This document shows, in pieces, positions 50,004 to 57,731 of a DNA stretch of 64,000 bases (position 1 is the stretch's first letter; each line of letters starts with the position of its first letter). A model generated the notes under the pieces. The model saw only the letters and a program-made list of their open reading frames with translations, had not been told where the DNA came from and made no database searches. The position numbers and the translations under genes were made by a program. This DNA comes from Bacteroidaceae bacterium (lineage in GTDB: Bacteria; Bacteroidota; Bacteroidia; Bacteroidales; Bacteroidaceae), in the NCBI GenBank assembly GCA_017559845.1, contig JAFYQQ010000017.1, positions 20,224 through 84,223 of the forward strand, given 5' to 3'.

Positions 50004-50264
50004 ATGAAAACAGCCAATTACACTGATTTTAGATCAAATCTGAAAGGTTACATGGATGCCGTCATTGATGATTGCGAAACCGTTATCATCAATCGGGGTA
50101 AAGACACAGGAGTTGTACTGATTTCGCTGGAAGAATATAATACCCTTAAAGAAACGGAATACATCATGTCCTCGCCAGAAACCATGGAAGCAATCCGCAA
50201 AGGAGACGAGGAAATAAAGAACGGCAAAGGTATCAAAGTGGAACTTGAGGATTTATGGAAATAA
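50004..50264 (+). CDS. Phd/YefM-family type II antitoxin
   Basis: ATG 50004 (MKTANYTDFRSNLKGYMDAVIDDCETVIINRGKD...LISLEEYNTLKETEYIMSSPE). Overlaps the toxin gene by 10 nt. Confidence 0.88.
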   Translation: MKTANYTDFRSNLKGYMDAVIDDCETVIINRGKDTGVVLISLEEYNTLKETEYIMSSPETMEAIRKGDEEIKNGKGIKVELEDLWK

Positions 50265-50527
50265 TCTTATTGGAACAAGCCCAAAAAGACCGTGATTACT
50301 GGAAGAAAACAGGAAACAAAGCCATAATGAAGCGGATAACTGCCTTATTAAAAGACATTATGGAACATCCGTATACAGGAATGGGAAAGCCAGAAGCTTT
50401 GCGATACGAATTGGCCGGCAAATGGTCAAGAAGGATCAATTCCGAACACCGCCTGATCTATTCTGTAAACGAGGACATAATCACCGTCTATGTATTTTCC
50501 ATGAGATACCATTATTCCAAGAAATAA
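50255..50527 (+). CDS. Txe/YoeB-family type II toxin (mRNA interferase)
   Basis: 90 aa. ...GMGKPEALRYELAGKWSRRINSEHRLIYSV..DIITVYVFSMRYHY matches the YoeB pattern. Confidence 0.88.
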   Translation: MEIILLEQAQKDRDYWKKTGNKAIMKRITALLKDIMEHPYTGMGKPEALRYELAGKWSRRINSEHRLIYSVNEDIITVYVFSMRYHYSKK

Positions 50528-50540
50528 TATGGGGCGAGCC

Positions 50541-50852
50541 TCATAAAATAGTCAGACTCACCCGACGACCAAGCCCTTCAAATATCCTGAACAAGGTTGT
50601 CAGCTGAACATCAGCCTTACCATTTTCCAAACGGGAAATATAAGTCTTTTTCGTGCCTATCTTTTCAGCCAGTTGTTCTTGCGTCAATCCAGCACGAATA
50701 CGTTCTTCTTTGAGCGTTTGGGCAAGGCAAAAAGCCTCAGTCTCTTTGTCAAATTCCTCGCGAGACGGTGTACCAATCTCTCCAAAATCCGCATTAAGCA
50801 ATTCGTCAAGATTGCTACAATTCATTATCGCATTTTCTCTCTTCTTATTCAT
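50541..50852 (-). CDS. XRE-family helix-turn-helix antitoxin (HigA-like)
   Basis: 103 aa. HTH RIRAGLTQEQLAEKIGTKKTYISRLENGK. Lies immediately downstream of a RelE/HigB-like gene (3-nt gap). Confidence 0.85.
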   Translation of the reverse strand: MNKKRENAIMNCSNLDELLNADFGEIGTPSREEFDKETEAFCLAQTLKEERIRAGLTQEQLAEKIGTKKTYISRLENGKADVQLTTLFRIFEGLGRRVSLTIL

Positions 50853-50855
50853 AAC

Positions 50856-51194
50856 TTATTCCTTATCTCTAAAATACTCCTTCATTAACATTTCTGCTTT
50901 TTCTATTTCCCCTAAAGGTGTCTTTTGACTTTTTTTCTGGAATCCATTAAAAAGGATGACCAACGAGCCCTTATCAAAGCAACAGAACACTCTGAATATA
51001 TCACCGCCAAATTCTATTCTGATTTCAAATAACCCTTTCTTTCCTTCAATGCTTCTGAGAATTGAACAAGGCAATCTATCAAGCGTTTGCAACCATATTA
51101 ATGTTTGAGCTATTTTTCGTCTCACTTTTTCAGACTGATCCACATAAAACTCATTAAAATAGTGCTTATAAAACCTTATCTCTCTTTTTGCCAT
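50856..51194 (-). CDS. RelE/ParE-superfamily toxin (HigB / Gp49-like)
   Basis: ATG at 51194 (MAKREIRFYKHYFNEFY...) preferred over TTG 51215. Motifs GLFEIRIEFGGDIFRVFCCFDKGSLVILFNGFQKKSQKTP. The toxin-first order is typical of HigBA. Confidence 0.8.
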   Translation of the reverse strand: MAKREIRFYKHYFNEFYVDQSEKVRRKIAQTLIWLQTLDRLPCSILRSIEGKKGLFEIRIEFGGDIFRVFCCFDKGSLVILFNGFQKKSQKTPLGEIEKAEMLMKEYFRDKE

Positions 51195-51419
51195 TTCAAT
51201 CAAATTACACTGCAAAGTTAACGAAATAGTTTACCTTTTCAAAATGTTTTGCATATTTTCTGCGTCTTTTATACTGAAAATGTTGTCCGCCAATCAAAAT
51301 AGGCTCTGTTTTACTCTTAAAAAAAGGAATATAACAAGCCCATTATTTATTAAGCCAAGGACTAATGAGCATTAAAGTTCTCTTCCATCACATAACCCCA
51401 GGCCATACTGTTGCAATGA

Positions 51420-51463
51420 CAAACGGATACTGGTGCAAAGCCAAACGCACCAGCATCCGTTTG
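51420..51463. repeat. 17-bp-stem hairpin
   Basis: CAAACGGATACTGGTGC - AAAGCCAAAC - GCACCAGCATCCGTTTG (one mismatch). No flanking T-run. Confidence 0.6.
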
Positions 51464-51550
51464 CTGTAGCACTGCACTAATAATCCCAACAGATACAACT
51501 GAAATTGTTTTTAAAGCTAACTGAAAAAGTTTTCCGTCAACGATAAAAAG

Positions 51551-51646
51551 TTTGTTCCAAGGTTTGGAACATACGTTTCATAGTTTGGAACGTATGTTTC
51601 ATTATTTGGAATGTACGTTTCATCTGTTGGAACATAACATTCACCA
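51551..51646. repeat. iteron-like array: four direct 21-bp repeats plus one inverted half-site
   Basis: TTTGGAAC-type cores start at 51563, 51584, 51605 and 51626, an exact 21-nt period. GTTCCAA at 51554-51560 forms a palindrome with the first unit. Each unit contains GGAACrTAyGTTTC. Confidence 0.85.
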
Positions 51647-51899
51647 CAGAGAAAAAACTTTTTCACCACTGTGCTACAACAATTTAAGCACTATGTTTCA
51701 GAAATGTTATAATGTTGGCGTTTTTGGAACATATTAATAGTTCGCTTTGCTGTACGTTTCAAACTAAAGAACCAGCCAATAATATGCCATAGTCGTGCTA
51801 TATATGCGTCAAATCTATAAATGATGTTTTTTTTACATTTTTTATGTAATATTTTCATCGTATTAAAAATTTTTACGATATTTGCATACAGATTCTCAA

Positions 51900-52287
51900 A
51901 AATCTGGACTGATTTGTTAACAAAAACGAGATTTTACCTTACAATAAGTCCAGAAGCTCACGCCGAACAAACGGTAGTAGGTTATAACGACCAATCTATT
52001 AGTGGTAAGGGTGGGATGAGGATTAAATTTTATTAAGGCGTTTACATGCGTCTTGACTTTGACGTCTAAGAATCTCGCAAATTCGAACGGTATTGTCAGA
52101 GCAAGGCAACGGTAGATGTCCTCGGGATGTGTATAATATACACTCTTTAACCGATACATTGTATTGTGTTAAAGACAAAGTATATTTTCATATCGGCGTG
52201 GGCTTCGACGTTGCTCGTTCTTCAATACCGGGCAATGCGAGAGCCTTTAGACGTGGAACGGGTAACAGAATGTTCCACGCTTTTTTT
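51900..52287 (+). ncRNA. candidate structured non-coding RNA (ORF-less segment ending in an intrinsic terminator)
   Basis: No credible ORF. Locally higher G+C than neighbouring island DNA, by eye. Several local stems (CTGGACT 51904 / AGTCCAG 51948). Ends at the terminator 52252-52287. The 5' boundary is not determined. Confidence 0.3.
52252..52287 (+). terminator. intrinsic terminator
   Basis: CGTGGAAC (52252-52259) / GTTCCACG (52272-52279), 12-nt loop, then C + T7 (52281-52287). Confidence 0.7.
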
Positions 52288-52475
52288 GCCCCAAAATTAG
52301 TATGGACTTTCTGTTGAAAATACGGTGCTAATTTAAAATAACTATATGGAGCAAAAAAATGTTTAAAATCGGTCAGGGCTATGAAGCTGAATCAATTGTT
52401 TTTGTATTTCAGTTTAAACTTCATGTCACGACAAGGAACTGTATTGAGTATTAACAATCTAAATTATATTTCATT

Positions 52476-53567
52476 ATGAACCGAGGAAAACTTATTATCA
52501 AATTAGCAATTTTGATTGCTTATTTATTGTTTGCTGGCTTTAGTGCCTATTTTACAGCTTCATCATTATCGCTCAATCTTTTAAATGGGACGAATCTATG
52601 GATTGTATATATTTTGGTACTAATTGTAGCAATTGTTGCTGGTTGGTGCCTTTCCAATGTTATCGAAGAACTACAGAAAACCATCGGGGCATCTAAAACC
52701 ACATTTGCATTCAGTTTAGTCGGATTCTTAATCTTTTGGTCGTTCAGTTTTCTAACTAATGTACATTATTTCTTTGTTGAAAAACACGGTTACTCAATTT
52801 TGACAAAAGAATTGGCAAGCGCAAAGGAATATATAAACGAAAATACGACAAAGAGCAATAAAGAAATTGAAGACAAGAAAAACACTGCTCAAATGGCTAT
52901 TTGTGCTTCCATCCAAGCAAATATTGATGCTTTTAAAAGAGAATTGGAAAACACAATGGACCGAAGAGAAGGATTTGGAGAGGCTTGTATCAATATTCTT
53001 AATTCAACAGAAATCATTCTCACCAAAGATTCTAAAATATATGACGACAAAAACGAATACGTTGTATTTGATGACACTCGAGATGAAGGTGATCGCGGTG
53101 TAACCCAACGAAACAGATTTCCTGAATTGTTTACCAAGTATACTGCTCGAATTACTCAACACAGGAACACCAAACTGGATGTCATAAAAAACTTTTATGA
53201 CAGAAAGAAAGACGACAACACCGAGTTAATAGACTTATTAGGAATCATTGAAGAATTAGAAACACACCACCTTCCTTTAGTATTGAAAGATGGGTCAATA
53301 AATGCATTCTACAAATATCATGATCAACAAAATGGCAAGGTGATAGCCAAAATGCCAAACGATTACAATGATTATTGTGTTACCAAAACTGATGGGAAAA
53401 TCATAAGTTACAATGTATATCCTGCTCAACGAATGTTTGATACAATGTCTGTCTGGAGCGACATTGTTTCAGGAAGGTTAGGCGACATGACCATGTTACA
53501 ATGGATTGTGATTTCGTTGATTTTTGACATTTTATCTTTTATACTTTTTTATTTATTCCGTAAATAA
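52476..53567 (+). CDS. polytopic membrane protein (3 N-terminal TM + about 250-aa soluble region + C-terminal TM), cassette gene 1
   Basis: 363 aa. Hydrophobic segments LIIKLAILIAYLLFAGFSAYF, LWIVYILVLIVAIVAGWCL, FAFSLVGFLIFWSFSFL and MLQWIVISLIFDILSFILFYLF. No recognisable catalytic motif. Confidence 0.7.
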   Translation: MNRGKLIIKLAILIAYLLFAGFSAYFTASSLSLNLLNGTNLWIVYILVLIVAIVAGWCLSNVIEELQKTIGASKTTFAFSLVGFLIFWSFSFLTNVHYFFVEKHGYSILTKELASAKEYINENTTKSNKEIEDKKNTAQMAICASIQANIDAFKRELENTMDRREGFGEACINILNSTEIILTKDSKIYDDKNEYVVFDDTRDEGDRGVTQRNRFPELFTKYTARITQHRNTKLDVIKNFYDRKKDDNTELIDLLGIIEELETHHLPLVLKDGSINAFYKYHDQQNGKVIAKMPNDYNDYCVTKTDGKIISYNVYPAQRMFDTMSVWSDIVSGRLGDMTMLQWIVISLIFDILSFILFYLFRK

Positions 53568-53588
53568 TAACATTAAAAATATTATAAT

Positions 53589-54551
53589 ATGCCTAGATTA
53601 ACAACAAATGAGACTTCTCAACAACCCGTAAATGTAGAAGCATCCGCAATGAACGAAGAGAGCGTATCAAATGATATACCACAGTTAAACAACGAACGTA
53701 TGCCACAAGAATCAGAAACATACGAAACCAATAATATTTATATTGGAAGACTCGCAACTCCTAAAATAGAAAACGCCAAAGTTCCTGTAGTGGTTTTTTT
53801 CGGTCCTCCGTCAAGTGGAAAATCAATGATATTGGTTCGTCTGGCAAAGTTTTTACGTAATGAAGGTTATACCATACAGACAGACCCAACATTCCTTAAT
53901 ACAAAAAAGTATCAAGAAGACTGCCAAAAATTTAATGACAAATTAAATACAAATATTGCTTTAGATGGCTCTGTAGAATTCTTATTAGTCAATATCTATG
54001 ACAAAAATGGAAAAGAGATAGCCAAACTATTGGAAGCACCCGGTGAAGATTTTTACACTACCGACCCTGAAAAAATTAGAGCAGGTAAAAATCAGCGAGT
54101 AGAGCCATATTTGGCCACAATTATGACGAGCAACAATCCAAAATCATATGTTGTGCTGCTTGACTTGGATTCAGAAGTTTCATTCCGCAACGATTCTTAT
54201 CATAGGGATTCTTACGCACAAAGATTTTTGAACTATTTTTTACCTCCAATAAATCTGAAAAGGGACCGAATCATACTTCTTTATAACAAAATCGACAAAA
54301 CTCCGTTTGGGACAATCAACGAATGCCAAAATTCAAAGGAAGCTAAAGAAGATGCCAAAATATTTTACAAACAGATTTTTGCAAAATTAACAGGAGGATT
54401 CTTTAATTTGGAACAATTTGCATTTAAAACCTTCTGTACCGGAATGTTTTCATCCCATTTTGATGATTCTGGCGAAGAATACCAAATCTACAACGTTGCA
54501 AGCGACACCTATCCCCGTGAACTATGGCAAGAAATTGTAAAAAAATGGTAA
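53589..54551 (+). CDS. P-loop NTPase with Ras-like/TRAFAC GTPase motif order (candidate GTPase), cassette gene 2
   Basis: 320 aa. G1/Walker A VVVFFGPPSSGKS (aa 72-79). G3-like KLLEAPGED (aa 145-153, Glu in place of the usual Asp). G4 RIILLYNKIDK (NKxD, aa 233-236). About 55 low-complexity N-terminal residues. Confidence 0.6.
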   Translation: MPRLTTNETSQQPVNVEASAMNEESVSNDIPQLNNERMPQESETYETNNIYIGRLATPKIENAKVPVVVFFGPPSSGKSMILVRLAKFLRNEGYTIQTDPTFLNTKKYQEDCQKFNDKLNTNIALDGSVEFLLVNIYDKNGKEIAKLLEAPGEDFYTTDPEKIRAGKNQRVEPYLATIMTSNNPKSYVVLLDLDSEVSFRNDSYHRDSYAQRFLNYFLPPINLKRDRIILLYNKIDKTPFGTINECQNSKEAKEDAKIFYKQIFAKLTGGFFNLEQFAFKTFCTGMFSSHFDDSGEEYQIYNVASDTYPRELWQEIVKKW

Positions 54552-54555
54552 TATT

Positions 54556-56013
54556 ATGGAGATAATCATTCATGGCAAACCCAATGCGGGAAGTTCTAAA
54601 TCAACTTCCCCTTCCGACACACTATCCCAAAAAATCATAGAGGAATTCTTCAACAGAAGAGATGAAATCACTGATGAAGAAGCCTTAATTGTTGAAGCAA
54701 GAAATTGGAAAGGGAAATGGAATAGTGTCTACACATATAAAAAATCCAATTTGAGGGAAATAAGCGAAAATGTTGGCCGTTCAACTTATTTTGCCATATC
54801 CTTAATTATTCCGCAAAGTTATTGCTGTATGGTTAGCGAGGTTCTCTCTTTGCTGAAAAAAATGTACAATGAGTCTATTGTTGGTACTTATATATCAGAT
54901 AAAGGAAAATATATTGTACAAAACTTTGATGACTCTTTCGCTTTTGAAAAATTAGTAAAGAAAATCAAAGACTCTCATGTCAATCTGGAAGAAGACTTCG
55001 ATCAGAAATTTATTCCATGCCAAGAGTTCAACAATACTGTAAGATACAGCATCATGGATTGTGACTCAAAGGCTTTTGTGCAAACTCTTAGAAAAGTGGG
55101 AAGAATAGTAATCACAGAGACAGAAAAAACAAAAGACGAGAAGATTGCCAACACAAATGGTTATCTTGTCCAGAACCAGCAGCTACAGACAGAACTTTCT
55201 GATAAAAAAGCAGAAATTGAGCGGTTACATTCAAAGTTAAAGAAATGGGAAGATGATTTCTCTAAATCAACTTCAACAAATAACGGGAAAATAGAAGAAC
55301 TTAATAAAAGGATAAAAATTCTTTCCGCAGAAAAAGAAAAACTACAAGCTGAAAAGAATACACTTTGCGAATCCAATAAAGCTGTAAAGAATAAATTGGA
55401 TTCAATCGCATCTTTATTAGGGGTATCTGGAATTAACAAAGTTCCTGAAAACAAACAGCAATCAACCAGAAAACCTCATAACACTCTTATTTTTGGATGT
55501 TTATTAGTAAACACGCTGCTTGTATTAATACTTATCTTTTTACAAATATTTAATATAAAAGATTTCATAGCAGAAGGAACTTCTGTAGAAACTGGCAATT
55601 ATACAGAACTACAAAACAAAATAGAAAGTCTTGAAACAGCCATCAATGATAAGTTTGGGACTTTATACACATTAATATCAGCTAACAAACCAGCATCAAC
55701 TGAAGGCACAGGATCCTCATCTGAACCAGAGCAGTCCCCAAAAGACGTAGATTGTGAGCTACAAATCTTTCAAGATAATAGACCTGTAGAAATAAGTTCT
55801 ATAGATAGAGAAAAAACCATTTTGATTAATGTAAAAAAACATGATGGATATGATTTTTTCACATCAAACCTATCAGAGGAGAACGTAAACCTTTTAAAAA
55901 GAGGTGAACAATTTAACTTAGGGAAAAAGGAACAAGGGCAAGCCATTATAATAAATTACAGATCTAACGACAAGACAAAATTAAACGAAAAAAATAGTCT
56001 AACATTTAATTGA
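54556..56013 (+). CDS. bitopic coiled-coil membrane protein, cassette gene 3
   Basis: 485 aa. N-terminal globular part of about 190 aa, long heptad-rich segment (LQTELSDKKAEIERLHSKLKKWEDD...EELNKRIKILSAEKEKLQAEKNTL), single TM LIFGCLLVNTLLVLILIFLQIF, C-terminal domain of about 150 aa. Confidence 0.7.
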   Translation: MEIIIHGKPNAGSSKSTSPSDTLSQKIIEEFFNRRDEITDEEALIVEARNWKGKWNSVYTYKKSNLREISENVGRSTYFAISLIIPQSYCCMVSEVLSLLKKMYNESIVGTYISDKGKYIVQNFDDSFAFEKLVKKIKDSHVNLEEDFDQKFIPCQEFNNTVRYSIMDCDSKAFVQTLRKVGRIVITETEKTKDEKIANTNGYLVQNQQLQTELSDKKAEIERLHSKLKKWEDDFSKSTSTNNGKIEELNKRIKILSAEKEKLQAEKNTLCESNKAVKNKLDSIASLLGVSGINKVPENKQQSTRKPHNTLIFGCLLVNTLLVLILIFLQIFNIKDFIAEGTSVETGNYTELQNKIESLETAINDKFGTLYTLISANKPASTEGTGSSSEPEQSPKDVDCELQIFQDNRPVEISSIDREKTILINVKKHDGYDFFTSNLSEENVNLLKRGEQFNLGKKEQGQAIIINYRSNDKTKLNEKNSLTFN

Positions 56014-56021
56014 TTTATTTT

Positions 56022-56555
56022 ATGAAAATCCGCAAAATAGTCTCTATATTTTCTTTTGCCACTTTGCTATTCTCATGTGGCTCAAATGAGAATAAATATG
56101 ATCCGTATGCAATTGCAAGTGACACAACAGCAATAAACAGTTCGTATTTTGAAGTTGATTTCAAGAAGACCGATTCAAATTTGAAAACAGTTCATATCAA
56201 ACTGAATGACACAAACGGATATGATGCATTATTTGACACGGGATGCTCCGGCATGCTTATTTCTTCGCTTGAATTAATTGAGTTGCTGAAGAATAACACC
56301 ATCAATACAGATGATTATTTGGGTGATGCGACTGTGACTATTGCAGATGGCACCCAAGTTAAACACCCAATGTATAATATTCGCGAAGTGAAATTAGTCG
56401 ATAAAAATGGGAAAGGACATTCTGTAAGGGATATTGTTGCAACAGTTGTGGATAATCCTGGTGCAGAAATCCTTATAGGCTCTTCCATTATAGACAATTT
56501 AGCAAAGAAATCTTACACGGTTGATTTGAAGAAAAAGGTAATTAGATTTGAATAA
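56022..56555 (+). CDS. retropepsin-like (clan AA) aspartic protease lipoprotein, cassette gene 4
   Basis: ATG 56022 preferred over TTG 56010. Lipobox FATLLFSCGSNE. Active-site-like ALFDTGCSGMLIS (D-T-G) and C-terminal AEILIGSSIIDNL (ILG flap/dimer motif). Confidence 0.7.
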   Translation: MKIRKIVSIFSFATLLFSCGSNENKYDPYAIASDTTAINSSYFEVDFKKTDSNLKTVHIKLNDTNGYDALFDTGCSGMLISSLELIELLKNNTINTDDYLGDATVTIADGTQVKHPMYNIREVKLVDKNGKGHSVRDIVATVVDNPGAEILIGSSIIDNLAKKSYTVDLKKKVIRFE

Positions 56556-57673
56556 TGAAACCTATAGTATATTTCTTTGGCTCTTTGCCTGGAGGACTTT
56601 GCGCTTATCCACAAGACCATACGAAGTTAATTTTCGAAGACTTCATAAAAAGGTCTAAAAACGCATTGCAGATTGTTGTTCATCGCATGGATAATCTGCT
56701 ATATTATGGATATGTCCGTAAATTTAACGGTAATTACTTCGGTATTTGTGTTTGTCTTGATAGAATCTATAATGACATCGGACTATTATTTAACATCTTC
56801 GACAACATATTTGCCCAGACACTTCAACAAGGTGATATATTAAAGTTTTCTTCTGAAAAAAGGATTGAATGGGCCTTAAAAACGTTTGCGTCTGAAAACG
56901 TAGCCATAAATGAATATACAAGAAAAATAATAGAAAGGCTTAACCTTTCTGACTGCAATAGTATTGAAGTACCTCCAGCCGATTTCTCAATATCTATAAA
57001 TGATTGTATTGAAATCAGCCTTGAATCGTCAAAAGAAGAAATTTTAAATGTCACTAAACGCTATTCAAACATCTATATAGTCAAGACAAATGATGAAATA
57101 GAAAGAATAACGGGATTTACGCGGCTAATAGAAGGTAAAGAAAAAGAAATATCAAGATTAAAACAAGAAGTAAGTTCACAGAAAATAAAAAACTTAGAAC
57201 TCTCGTCCCAACTAATAAAAGCAAAAGCGCTACAAAAAAACATGGTTTGGGTTAGTGTTTTAAGTATTATTACATTTATTTTCGGCACGATTTTGTGGAA
57301 CAAGGTACTTTTCCCCTCTGAAGTCACTCATTATAAAACCAAAGACTTTATCTATTATGGTCCGCTAAAGGACAAAAAGCCTCACGGAATTGGTGTGGCT
57401 TTTTATCCCCAGGATGATGTGGACGGACGGAAATTTTACATCGGGAATTTTGAGAATGGCATAAGGCAGGACTCTACAGCAATGCTATACTATCGGGAAG
57501 GCGACTATTTTTATGGCAAAATGAAAGATGACAAATGGGAAAATGGTTTGCTTTACAAATGTTCTGACGGAACTTATTTCAGGGGTTCGTTCCAAGAGAA
57601 CATTCCTTATAATGGTGTATGGTATGACCATGTAAAAAGATATAAATCTGTAGAAGGAGAAATAGTGTATTAA
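56555..57673 (+). CDS. bitopic coiled-coil membrane protein with C-terminal MORN repeats, cassette gene 5
   Basis: 372 aa. The start overlaps the upstream stop (TAATG). Coiled coil EGKEKEISRLKQEVSSQKIKNLELSSQLIKAKA, TM MVWVSVLSIITFIFGTILW, about four MORN-like repeats (YYGPLKDKKPHGIGVAFY; FYIGNFENGIRQD; YFYGKMKDDKWENGLLY; YFRGSFQENIPYNGVWY). Confidence 0.7.
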   Translation: MKPIVYFFGSLPGGLCAYPQDHTKLIFEDFIKRSKNALQIVVHRMDNLLYYGYVRKFNGNYFGICVCLDRIYNDIGLLFNIFDNIFAQTLQQGDILKFSSEKRIEWALKTFASENVAINEYTRKIIERLNLSDCNSIEVPPADFSISINDCIEISLESSKEEILNVTKRYSNIYIVKTNDEIERITGFTRLIEGKEKEISRLKQEVSSQKIKNLELSSQLIKAKALQKNMVWVSVLSIITFIFGTILWNKVLFPSEVTHYKTKDFIYYGPLKDKKPHGIGVAFYPQDDVDGRKFYIGNFENGIRQDSTAMLYYREGDYFYGKMKDDKWENGLLYKCSDGTYFRGSFQENIPYNGVWYDHVKRYKSVEGEIVY

Positions 57674-57731
57674 CTCGCATTGTGTTGTAAGTCTGATTTA
57701 AAGCATCATTTGATAACATTGGGGATTTGTG

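Noticed and set aside
51552-51737. 61-aa His-rich ORF with a repeating LEHTFHS-like heptad
   Set aside because: This is an artefact of translating the 21-bp (seven-codon) iteron-like DNA repeats. The ORF starts at a non-ATG codon and has no ribosome-binding or promoter context.
51940-52310. RNase P RNA: scattered resemblances to bacterial RNase P conserved regions (AAGTCCAG.AGCTC, GGTAAGGGTG, GAGCAAGGC.A, ACAGAA)
   Set aside because: The matches are short and degenerate. The P4 partner (TGGACTT at 52304) lies beyond the terminator instead of directly after ACAGAA. The segment is AT-rich and sits in an accessory island. I therefore treat it only as an unclassified ncRNA candidate; an Infernal scan with RF00010 would settle it.
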